Assembly: GCA_046566225.1 (NCBI GenBank)
Contig: JBKHXC010000307.1
Coordinates: 1-33,972 of the forward strand
Direction: 5' to 3'
DNA from: Acidimicrobiia bacterium
GTDB lineage: Bacteria > Actinomycetota > Acidimicrobiia > Acidimicrobiales > GCA-2861595
DNA: 33,972 bases
The position numbers were made by a program, and so were the translations under genes. Shown one piece after another: positions 1 through 6,652 of the stretch. Position 1 is the stretch's first letter, and each line of letters starts with the position of its first letter. The notes under the pieces are model-generated. The model was not told where the DNA came from. It worked only from the letters and a program-made list of their open reading frames with translations, and made no database searches.

Positions 1-129
1 CATGAGCATGCCCAGCACGTTCTTGGACCGCACCATGCCGGCGTAGAAGAACGCCAGGCCCGGCGTCATGAACAGCACCACGGCCGCAGACGTCAGCACC
101 CACGCGGTGTTCCCGCTGTCGGTCTCCAT
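1..129 (-). CDS. amt: ammonium transporter (Amt/MEP family), N-terminal 43 codons only; gene runs off the window start
   Basis: Reverse complement of 1..129 translates to METDSGNTAWVLTSAAVVLFMTPGLAFFYAGMVRSKNVLGMLM. This is the canonical Amt TM1 region with the FMxPGLAFFYxGxVR motif. ATG at 129 is preceded by GGAGAGG. Not in the ORF track because it is truncated. Confidence 0.85.
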   Translation of the reverse strand, partial: METDSGNTAWVLTSAAVVLFMTPGLAFFYAGMVRSKNVLGMLM

Positions 130-188
130 CGGCCTCTCCCCCTCCGCCCCGCGGCTCGGGGCCCCGGACGGAAGCATTGCGAAAGGTT

Positions 189-226
189 GTTTCCCGGCCG
201 TTCCCCGGGCGTTTCCGCTCTGTGAA
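189..226 (-). promoter_or_regulatory. GlnR-type operator (a-b-a-b half sites) upstream of amt
   Basis: Minus strand reads TTCAC-n6-GAAAC-n6-GGAAC-n6-GAAAC (226..222, 215..211, 204..200, 193..189), with exact 6-nt spacers, about 60 nt upstream of the amt ATG. It matches the actinomycete GlnR box gTnAc-n6-GaAAc, and amtB is the classical GlnR target. Confidence 0.45.
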
Positions 227-245
227 CGGACGCCGGCGCCCGGCC

Positions 246-1589
246 TCAGCCGACCGCCTTGGCCGCCTCCCGGGCGGCGACCAGGATGGGGTCCCACACC
301 GGCGAGAAGGGCGGTGCGTAGGACAGGTCGAGGTCGATCACCTCGTGGACGGTGAGCCCGGCGGTGACGGCGGTGGCGACCACGTCGATGTGCTTGGCGG
401 CGCCCTCGGCACCGATGACCTGCGCTCCGAGCAGCCGTCCCGATCCCCGCTCGGCCACCATCTTCACGGTGATGTCGCCCGCCCCCGGGAAGTAGCCGGC
501 GCGGGTGCGGGCGGTGATGCGCACCGCCTCCCAGCCCAGCCCGGCGGCGGCCGCCTCCCGCTCGCTCAGCCCCGTCCGGGCCACCTCGGTGGAGCAGATC
601 CGGGTCACGGCGGTGCCGACCACGCCCGGGAAGGTGGCGTAGCCGCCCCCCAGGTTCACCCCCGCCACCCGCCCCTGCTTGTTGGCCACCGTGCCCAGGG
701 GCAGGTGGACGGGCGCCCGCGACACCAGGTGGAACGACTGGCAGCAGTCGCCCCCCGCCCACACCCCGTCGGCCGACGTGCGCTGGCGGGGGTCGACGAC
801 CACCGCCCCCTTCACGCCCGTCTCGACGCCGGCGCCCGCCGCCAGCGTGGCCTCGGGCGCCACCCCGAGGCCGAGCACGACGAGGTCGGCGGCCAGGCGC
901 CCGTCGGCCGTGTGCACGGCGCCCGGCTCGAAGCCGGTCACCGCCACCCCGGTGCGCACCACGACGCCGAAGCGGCGCATCGCCTCGCCCACCATGGCGC
1001 CCATGTCGTGGTCGAGGGCCCCCATCACCTCGGGGGCCCGCTCCACCACCGTGACGGTGCGGCACCCGCGGCGGACGAACGCCTCGGCCATCTCCAGGCC
1101 GATGTAGCCGCCGCCGACCACGACCACGTCGCGCACGTCCCTCCGCTCGACCGCGGCCAGCAGCCGGGCGGCGTCCTCCAGGTTCTGCACCCCGTGGACG
1201 GCGGCGTCGCCGATGCCGGGCAGGTCGGGGCGCACGGGCACGGCGCCGGTGGCCAGGTGCAGGTGGTCGAAGCCGAGGGAGAAGGTCCGGCCGTGGCCGT
1301 GGTCGCGCACCTCCACCCTGCCGGCGTCGAGGTCGACGGCGACGGCCTCGTGGCCGGTGCGGACGTCGATGTGGAGCCGGTCGCGGAAGGCCTGCGGGTC
1401 GCGGGCGACCAGGTCGTCGAGCCGGGCGACGTCGCCGGCCACCAGGTAGGGGATGCCGCAGGCCGAGTAGCTCGTCCAGCGGCCCTTCTCCAGGGCGACG
1501 ATCTCCAGGTCGGGCCGGCGCCGGCGGGCCTGGGCGGCCGCCGCCATCCCGCCGGCGTCGCCGCCCACCACGACCAACCGCTCGGCCAT
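246..1589 (-). CDS. FAD-dependent pyridine nucleotide-disulfide oxidoreductase, CoA-disulfide reductase / NADH oxidase (single-Cys) family
   Basis: 447 aa. N-terminal FAD fold VVVGGDAGG. Single redox Cys in SYSACGIPY (SFxxCGxPY-type motif of the CoADR/Nox/Npx family). Second dinucleotide fold VVVVGGGYIGLE, and GGDC-like WAGGDC. Confidence 0.85.
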   Translation of the reverse strand: MAERLVVVGGDAGGMAAAAQARRRRPDLEIVALEKGRWTSYSACGIPYLVAGDVARLDDLVARDPQAFRDRLHIDVRTGHEAVAVDLDAGRVEVRDHGHGRTFSLGFDHLHLATGAVPVRPDLPGIGDAAVHGVQNLEDAARLLAAVERRDVRDVVVVGGGYIGLEMAEAFVRRGCRTVTVVERAPEVMGALDHDMGAMVGEAMRRFGVVVRTGVAVTGFEPGAVHTADGRLAADLVVLGLGVAPEATLAAGAGVETGVKGAVVVDPRQRTSADGVWAGGDCCQSFHLVSRAPVHLPLGTVANKQGRVAGVNLGGGYATFPGVVGTAVTRICSTEVARTGLSEREAAAAGLGWEAVRITARTRAGYFPGAGDITVKMVAERGSGRLLGAQVIGAEGAAKHIDVVATAVTAGLTVHEVIDLDLSYAPPFSPVWDPILVAAREAAKAVG

Positions 1590-1608
1590 GGGGCCGTACC
1601 ATACGGGG

Positions 1609-1806
1609 ATGGGGGTGCGGACCGACTGCCGCCACTACGTCGAGCGCACCACGTCGCTCCAGGAGAAGGTCCAGCGCTGCCGGCTGGACGTGGCGCTGCT
1701 CGACCCCTTCGCCTGCCCCGACGGCTGCCTGTTCTTCGAGGCCCGCACGATCGCCGACGCCGGCTGGACGGTCGAGCGGCGCCCCCCGGACGGCGGCGAG
1801 GGCTGA
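1609..1806 (+). CDS. small conserved-looking Cys-rich hypothetical protein (4 Cys)
   Basis: The ORF 1588..1806 has protein-like composition: MGVRTDCRHYVERTTSLQEKVQRCRLDVALLDPFACPDGCLFFEAR. It is unlike the R/G/P-rich shadow ORFs. The start is uncertain: ATG 1588 overlaps the divergent start at 1589, so I chose ATG 1609. Confidence 0.45.
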   Translation: MGVRTDCRHYVERTTSLQEKVQRCRLDVALLDPFACPDGCLFFEARTIADAGWTVERRPPDGGEG

Positions 1807-1814
1807 CGGGGCCC

Positions 1815-2120
1815 TCAGGCCAGCAGGTCGGGGAGGGAGCCGAAGAACCGGGAGCGGGGCAGGACCTCCCGGCACCCGGCGGCCGCGGCGGCGGCCGCCA
1901 GCTCCCGGTCGACGTGGCTGGCGAAGCCGACGGTCCGCGCCCCGCCGAGGCCGGCCAGGGCGTCGAGCACACCGGGCCGGGCCAGGTCCACCACCACCAC
2001 GTCGGCCCCCACGCCGGCCAGGTCGGCCGCCGAGGCCACGAAGGTGACCCGGCCGGGGGCGGCCGCCGCCACCTTGGACCGGTCCATGAGGTCGGGCACG
2101 AAGGCGGCGATGCGGGTCAT
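1815..2120 (-). CDS. hypothetical protein (101 aa), last gene of the LarE-NIL operon
   Basis: In-frame ATG at 2120 (MTRIAAFVPDLMDRSK...) overlaps the upstream stop as ATGA (2117..2120). The longer ORF-track start at 2183 would overlap the upstream gene by 67 nt. Confidence 0.55.
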   Translation of the reverse strand: MTRIAAFVPDLMDRSKVAAAAPGRVTFVASAADLAGVGADVVVVDLARPGVLDALAGLGGARTVGFASHVDRELAAAAAAAGCREVLPRSRFFGSLPDLLA

Positions 2121-2590
2121 CGGGTCCCTCCCGGTCGGCGGCCGTGGCGGCGCATGTGGGCCCACGCCTTCGCCGCTCCCCACTCCAGCCCCAGCCGGTG
2201 CAGGGCGGGGTCGACGTCGGCGAAGCTGGCCGGGGCGAGGTCGTAGACGTCGTCGGGGAACCGCTCCTCGGAGAAGTCGTCCCGCACCACCGGGGGCACC
2301 CCGGCCCGGGCGAGCACCTCGGTCGGGTAGGGCACCGCCGAGCGGAGCAGGGCGAGGGGGTTGGTGCGCTGGTCGTCCACGTCCGCCTCCAGCAGCGCCC
2401 GGACCCGCCCGCCGACGTCGTCGGCCGCCCGCCGGCCGGCCGCCCGCGCCTGGTCCATGGCCGCCGGGTCGGCGTGGCCCGAGAAGGCCACCAGCAGCTG
2501 CTCGACGCTGCGCTCCACCCAGCCGGGAAGCGCCTCCTCGACGGCCCGGGCCAGGGCCCGCCCGGCCACGGCCAGCTCGTCGCCGCTCAC
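2117..2590 (-). CDS. hypothetical protein (157 aa)
   Basis: GTG start at 2590 overlaps the DUF2993 stop as GTGA. Balanced amino-acid composition (MSGDELAVAGRALARAVEEALPGWVERSVEQLL...). No family recognised. Confidence 0.6.
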   Translation of the reverse strand: MSGDELAVAGRALARAVEEALPGWVERSVEQLLVAFSGHADPAAMDQARAAGRRAADDVGGRVRALLEADVDDQRTNPLALLRSAVPYPTEVLARAGVPPVVRDDFSEERFPDDVYDLAPASFADVDPALHRLGLEWGAAKAWAHMRRHGRRPGGTR

Positions 2591-3201
2591 CGCCGCAGCG
2601 GCGCCGGCAGCTCGTCCACCTCGCAGGAGAGGCGCAGCCGATCGCCCTCCACGGCCAGCGCGGTGACGGCGCAGGGCACCAGCCCGGTGCGGGGGATGGG
2701 GACCCGCAGCGCCGGCAGGCCCGCCACCCGCAGCACCAGGGCGCCCTCGGCCACCTCGGCGTCGGCGGTGACGGTGGCGCCGGCCACGCCCACCCCCACC
2801 CGCCCGTCGCCCACCGTCACCGGTACCTCCAGGACGTCGGAGAGGGCGTCGGCGCCGAGCACGACCGCCACCGAGCCGCGGTCGATGCCCTCCACCCGCA
2901 CCCGGCCGGAGGCCAGGCGACCGCGGTCGAGGGCCACGCCCGACGCCTCGACCACCACCGAGGTGAGCCGCAGGGGGCCGGCACGGGGGCGGTCGACGCG
3001 CACCCGCACCTTCGGCACCGAGCCCGACGCCGCCAGGCGGCCCAGGAACGGGAAGGCGGTGATGTCGGCGCTCGCCCCCGACTCGTCGGTCGCCGCCTCC
3101 CGGGCCCGGTCGGCCAGCCGGCCCTCGACCAGGACGCGGGCGACCTGGTCGCCCACCAGGAGCAGGGCGACGACCAGGGCGAGGACGATCAGCTTGCGCA
3201 C
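2587..3201 (-). CDS. DUF2993 / LmeA-like membrane-anchored protein
   Basis: 204 aa. N-terminal TM anchor MRKLIVLALVVALLLVG, followed by repeated beta-rich V/R/G segments (ITAFPFLGRLAASGSVPKVRVRV...) typical of the DUF2993 (LmeA lipid-binding) family. Confidence 0.6.
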   Translation of the reverse strand: MRKLIVLALVVALLLVGDQVARVLVEGRLADRAREAATDESGASADITAFPFLGRLAASGSVPKVRVRVDRPRAGPLRLTSVVVEASGVALDRGRLASGRVRVEGIDRGSVAVVLGADALSDVLEVPVTVGDGRVGVGVAGATVTADAEVAEGALVLRVAGLPALRVPIPRTGLVPCAVTALAVEGDRLRLSCEVDELPAPLRR

Positions 3202-3214
3202 CGGTCCCGCCTCC

Positions 3215-3478
3215 TCAGCCCTCGACGACGTCGCCCAGGTGGTCGACCTCGACTCCCTGCTCGCGCAGCCAGGCGATGGCGGCGTCCACCGCGTCGGCGG
3301 CCCCCGCCAGCTCGCAGACGATCCAGCCCACCGTCTCCTCCACCTTGGCCCGCCGGATGTTGGGCTCCACGTCGTGGAGGCGCATCATCCGGGCCAGCAC
3401 CGGCTGGGTGATGAGGTGCTCGGGGAAGGTGAGCCGCACCCGGGCGGTGCGCACGGGCGTCCCGCCCGGCTCGCTCAC
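3215..3478 (-). CDS. stand-alone NIL-domain protein (MetN C-terminal-like ligand-binding fold)
   Basis: GTG at 3478 overlaps the LarE-like stop as GTGA. VSEPGGTPVRTARVRLTFPEHLITQPVLARMMRLHDVEPNIRRAKVEETVGWIVCELAGAADAVDAAIAWLREQGVEVDHLG fits the NIL domain pattern. The rest of the 325-aa track ORF is R/G/P-rich shadow. Confidence 0.6.
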   Translation of the reverse strand: MSEPGGTPVRTARVRLTFPEHLITQPVLARMMRLHDVEPNIRRAKVEETVGWIVCELAGAADAVDAAIAWLREQGVEVDHLGDVVEG

Positions 3479-4350
3479 AGAGCCCCGATCGCCCTTGGCG
3501 GGGCCAGGGCGGCGTTGAGGTTGCCGGACCGGAACCCCTCCAGGTCGAGGGTGACGTAGGCGTAGCCCGCCGCCCGGACGGCGGCGACCACCGCCGCCCG
3601 CCGCTCCACGACGCCGGCCAGCTCGCCCTCCTCCACCTCGATGCGCGCCAGCTCGCCGTAGTGGCGCACCCGGAGCTGGCCCAGGCCCAGGGCCCGCAGC
3701 GCCGACTCGGCCCGGGCCACCGACGACAGCACGCCCAGCGTGACCGGCGTGCCGTAGGGCACCCGCGACGCCAGGCAGGCGGCGGCCGGCTTGTCCCAGG
3801 TGCGCAGGCCGAGGCGGGCCGACTCGGCCCGCACGTCGGCCTTGGCGTAGCCGGCGTCGACCAGGGGGAAGGCGGCGCCCCGCTCGGCCGCCGCCTCCTG
3901 GCCGGGGCGGTGGTCGCCCAGGTCGTCGAGGTTGACGCCGAGCACGACCGTGGCCCCGCCGGCCGTGAACGGCGCCACGGCGTCGAGCAGCGCCGCCTTG
4001 CACCAGTAGCAGCGGCGGCCGTCGTTGGCGGCGTAGGCGGGGTCGGCCAGCTCGTCGGTGGGCACCGGGCGCCAGCGCAGCCCCCACTCCGCGGCCAGGG
4101 CCCGGCAGTCCGCCTCCTCCTCGGGGGCCAGCGACGGCGACACGGCGGTCACGGCGGTGGCGCCCTCGCCCAGGGTGTCGTTGGCCACCCACGCCAGGAA
4201 GGCGGAGTCGGCGCCGCCGCTGAAGGCGACCACCACCGGCGCCAGCTCCCGCAGGCGGGCCCGCAGGGCGTCGAGCGACGCCGGGCGCGGAGCCTCGCGC
4301 CGTTCGTCCCGGTTCGCCACGAGATCATGCTGGAACAAGGCCACGGTCAC
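3475..4350 (-). CDS. larE: LarE-like PP-loop ATP-dependent sulfur transferase (TIGR00268-type adenine-nucleotide alpha-hydrolase)
   Basis: PP-loop VVAFSGGADSAFLA. Also CxxC (RCYWCK) plus ACLASRVPYG, the LarE catalytic-Cys region. Start chosen at GTG 4350 (VTVALFQHDL...), because the longer track ORF would run through the divergent SBP gene start. The start is uncertain by a few codons. Confidence 0.7.
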   Translation of the reverse strand: MTVALFQHDLVANRDERREAPRPASLDALRARLRELAPVVVAFSGGADSAFLAWVANDTLGEGATAVTAVSPSLAPEEEADCRALAAEWGLRWRPVPTDELADPAYAANDGRRCYWCKAALLDAVAPFTAGGATVVLGVNLDDLGDHRPGQEAAAERGAAFPLVDAGYAKADVRAESARLGLRTWDKPAAACLASRVPYGTPVTLGVLSSVARAESALRALGLGQLRVRHYGELARIEVEEGELAGVVERRAAVVAAVRAAGYAYVTLDLEGFRSGNLNAALAPPRAIGAL

Positions 4351-4414
4351 GCGCCATCCTGCCACCGATGCGTATGCTCCATCGTTGTTGGGACACCACG
4401 ACAGGAGGATGAAC

Positions 4415-5614
4415 ATGCGCCGGATGCGACCTTGGCGGCTCATCGCCATCCTGATGAGCGCGACGCTCGTGATGGCGGCCTGCGGTGACGACGACGACGA
4501 CGTCGCCGGCACGGACACGACGGCCGCCGACGGGGCCAGGACGGTCACCATCGCCTTCATGGGGGCGCTGACCGGCGACAACGCCAACCTGGGCATCAAC
4601 ATCCGCGACGGCATCAAGCTGGCCATCGCCGAGGCCAACGCCGGGGACGACGACGTGCAGATCGCCCTGAAGGAGTTCGACACCGCCGGCGACCCGGCCC
4701 AGGCGAGCACGGTCAAGGACCAGGTGATCGCCGACGACGACGTGGTCGGCGTCGTGGGCCCCGCCTTCTCGGGCGAGACCCGGGCGGTCATCCCGGCCTT
4801 CGAGGACGCCGGCCTGCCCATGGTGAGCCCCTCGGCCACCAACAAGGAGCTGCCCGACGTCGTCCCCAACAGCCGGGTGTTCCACCGGATCATCGCCGAC
4901 GACACCCTCCAGGCCGCCGGCGTGGCCGCCTACCTGGCCGACAGCCTCAAGCCGACGTCGGTCGTCTTCATCCACGACAACAGCGAGTACGGCAAGGGCC
5001 TCACCGACGACGTGGTGCGGCTGGCGGGCGAGGAGGGCGTGCGGGCCGCCGTCGCCCAGCCCCTCGTCCTCGACCCCAAGGCCCAGGACTTCTCGTCCAT
5101 CGTCAACTCGGTGGTCAGCGCCGACCCGGGCGCCGTCTTCTACGGCGGGTACTACGCCGAGGCCGGGCGGCTGAAGAAGCAGCTCACCGACGCCGGCTTC
5201 ACCGGTACCTTCGTGAGCGGCGACGGGTCGCTCGACCCGGGCTTCATCGACGCCGCCGGGGCGGCGGCGGCCGAGGGCGCCCAGCTCACCTGCCCCTGCA
5301 ACCTGGCCTTCGAGACGTCGACGGGCAAGCTCAAGGAGTTCTACGACGACTTCCGGGCCGAGATCGGCAAGGAGCCCGGGCTGTACTCCCCCGAGGGCTA
5401 CGACGCCGCCAACATCCTCATCGAGGGCATCAAGGCCGGCAACCAGGACCGCGAGAGCCTGCTCACCTGGCTCGAGGAGGAGTTCACCAGCTACGAGGGC
5501 GTGTCGAAGACCGTCGAGTTCGCCGAGAACGGCAACGTGACCTCCAAGGACTTCTTCGTCTTCCAGGTCAAGGACGGCGAGCTGGCCCCGTCGGCCACGG
5601 TCGAGATCAGCTAG
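4415..5614 (+). CDS. branched-chain amino acid ABC transporter substrate-binding lipoprotein (LivJ/LivK family)
   Basis: AGGAGG at 4403..4408 lies 6 nt before ATG 4415. Signal/lipobox MRRMRPWRLIAILMSATLVMAAC. Type-I periplasmic binding fold motifs follow (IAFMGALTGDNANLG, VVGPAFSGE). It is followed by livH/M/G/F. Confidence 0.85.
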   Translation: MRRMRPWRLIAILMSATLVMAACGDDDDDVAGTDTTAADGARTVTIAFMGALTGDNANLGINIRDGIKLAIAEANAGDDDVQIALKEFDTAGDPAQASTVKDQVIADDDVVGVVGPAFSGETRAVIPAFEDAGLPMVSPSATNKELPDVVPNSRVFHRIIADDTLQAAGVAAYLADSLKPTSVVFIHDNSEYGKGLTDDVVRLAGEEGVRAAVAQPLVLDPKAQDFSSIVNSVVSADPGAVFYGGYYAEAGRLKKQLTDAGFTGTFVSGDGSLDPGFIDAAGAAAAEGAQLTCPCNLAFETSTGKLKEFYDDFRAEIGKEPGLYSPEGYDAANILIEGIKAGNQDRESLLTWLEEEFTSYEGVSKTVEFAENGNVTSKDFFVFQVKDGELAPSATVEIS

Positions 5615-5619
5615 CGCTC

Positions 5620-5678
5620 GCGCCGGCCCGACGCCGAGGCCGGGCGCAGGGCGGAGGGCCGACCATGCCCTCCGCCCT
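5620..5678 (+). terminator. two tandem GC-rich stem-loops between the SBP gene and livH (intra-operon attenuator / mRNA-stabiliser candidate)
   Basis: Hairpin 1: GCGCCGGCC (5620..5628) pairs with GGCCGGGCGC (5638..5647), with one bulge. Hairpin 2: perfect 12-bp stem AGGGCGGAGGGC (5648..5659) / GCCCTCCGCCCT (5667..5678) with a 7-nt loop. No U-tract. Confidence 0.4.
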
Positions 5679-5695
5679 GGCGTGAGGAGGACGCC

Positions 5696-6652
5696 ATCAA
5701 CTCCTGCTTCCGATGCCTGGCCGACCAGTTCTGGCCGCAGACGCTCGACGGGCTCACCCTGGGCTCGGTCTACGCCCTGATCGCCCTGGGCTACACCCTG
5801 GTCTACGGGGTGCTGCGGCTGATCAACTTCGCCCACTCGGAGATCTTCATGATCGGGATCTTCGCCTCGCTGTTCACCATGCACGGCCTGGGAATCGAGC
5901 GCGGCGACCCGGCCCGGACCGGGCTGGCGCTGGTGCTGACGCTGGTGGTCGTGCTGGTCGTCGCCATGCTCGCCTCCGGGCTCAGCGCGGTGGCCATGGA
6001 GCGGATCGCCTACCGGCCGCTCCGCAAGGGAGGCGCCCCCCGGCTGGCGGCGCTCATCACCGCCATCGGGATCTCGCTGTTCCTCCAGGAGCTCTTCGCC
6101 GCCCGCTACGGGCGCGACCTGCTCCCCTTCCCCCGGGTCCTCGAGAAGCGCCAGCTGGCCGACTGGGGCGGCGCCAACATCAGGACCGACAAGGTGCTGG
6201 TCGTGGTGGCCGCCCTCGTCCTCATGCTGGCCCTCGACCGCTTCATGGCCCGGTCCCGCCTGGGCCGGGGCATCCGGGCCACCGCCCAGGACGCCGAGAC
6301 GGCCGCCCTCATGGGCGTCGACATCAACCGGGTCGTCATGCTCACCTTCTTCATCGGCGGCCTCCTGGCCGGCGCCGCCGGGCTCCTCTACGGGGTGTTC
6401 TTCGAGGTGGCGCGCTACAACATCGGCTTCCTCCCCGGCATCAAGGCCTTCACCGCCGCCGTGCTGGGCGGCATCGGCAACGTCCGGGGGGCGCTGCTCG
6501 GCGGCCTGCTCCTCGGGCTGCTGGAGAACTGGGGGTCGACCGTGCTGGGCGGCGAGTGGAAGGACGTGTTCGCCTTCACCGTGCTGGTGCTCGTGCTGCT
6601 GGTCCGCCCCACCGGCCTGCTGGGCGAGTCCCTGGGGCGGGCACGGGCATGA
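5696..6652 (+). CDS. livH: branched-chain amino acid ABC transporter permease LivH (start codon unresolved)
   Basis: The conserved LivH N-terminus ...ADQFWPQTLDGLTLGSVYALIALGYTLVYGVLRLINFAHSE is in frame from 5615. There is no ATG/GTG/TTG before GTG 5810, and starting there would delete TM1. Candidates are ATC 5696 (5 nt after GGAGG at 5686..5690) or CTG 5717. The stop at 6652 is firm. Confidence 0.75.
   Translation: MNSCFRCLADQFWPQTLDGLTLGSVYALIALGYTLVYGVLRLINFAHSEIFMIGIFASLFTMHGLGIERGDPARTGLALVLTLVVVLVVAMLASGLSAVAMERIAYRPLRKGGAPRLAALITAIGISLFLQELFAARYGRDLLPFPRVLEKRQLADWGGANIRTDKVLVVVAALVLMLALDRFMARSRLGRGIRATAQDAETAALMGVDINRVVMLTFFIGGLLAGAAGLLYGVFFEVARYNIGFLPGIKAFTAAVLGGIGNVRGALLGGLLLGLLENWGSTVLGGEWKDVFAFTVLVLVLLVRPTGLLGESLGRARA

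Noticed and set aside
177-2246. 689-aa plus-strand ORF, with similar long ORFs at 1025..1972 (-), 2044..3411 (+) and 2144..3559 (+), overlapping the oxidoreductase and downstream genes
   Set aside because: The translations are dominated by R/G/P/A/H runs with no recognisable motifs. They lie antisense or out of frame to genes with clear family signatures. These are typical stop-codon-poor shadow ORFs of >70 % GC DNA.
3479-4192. N-terminal 238 codons of the 325-aa track ORF containing the NIL domain
   Set aside because: This part is out of frame over the LarE-like gene and is almost pure R/G/P/A. A GTG forming a GTGA overlap with the LarE-like stop gives a normal-sized 87-aa NIL protein.
4351-4905. 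Upstream extension of the LarE-like ORF (track start at 4905; also the ATG at 4416, MFILLSW...)
   Set aside because: The extension would run antisense through the start and signal peptide of the divergent SBP gene. It is S/T/A/M-rich with no PP-loop-family homology. The conserved LarE N-terminus begins near 4350.
5713-6648. Frame-1 reading (MPGRPVLAADARR...) that makes LivM/LivG look like a 1000-aa protein starting at 5713
   Set aside because: This segment overlaps the bona fide LivH frame and is R/P/G-rich. LivM has a clean ATG at 6649 overlapping the livH stop as ATGA. The ATG at 5713 is discussed only as a possible displaced livH start.
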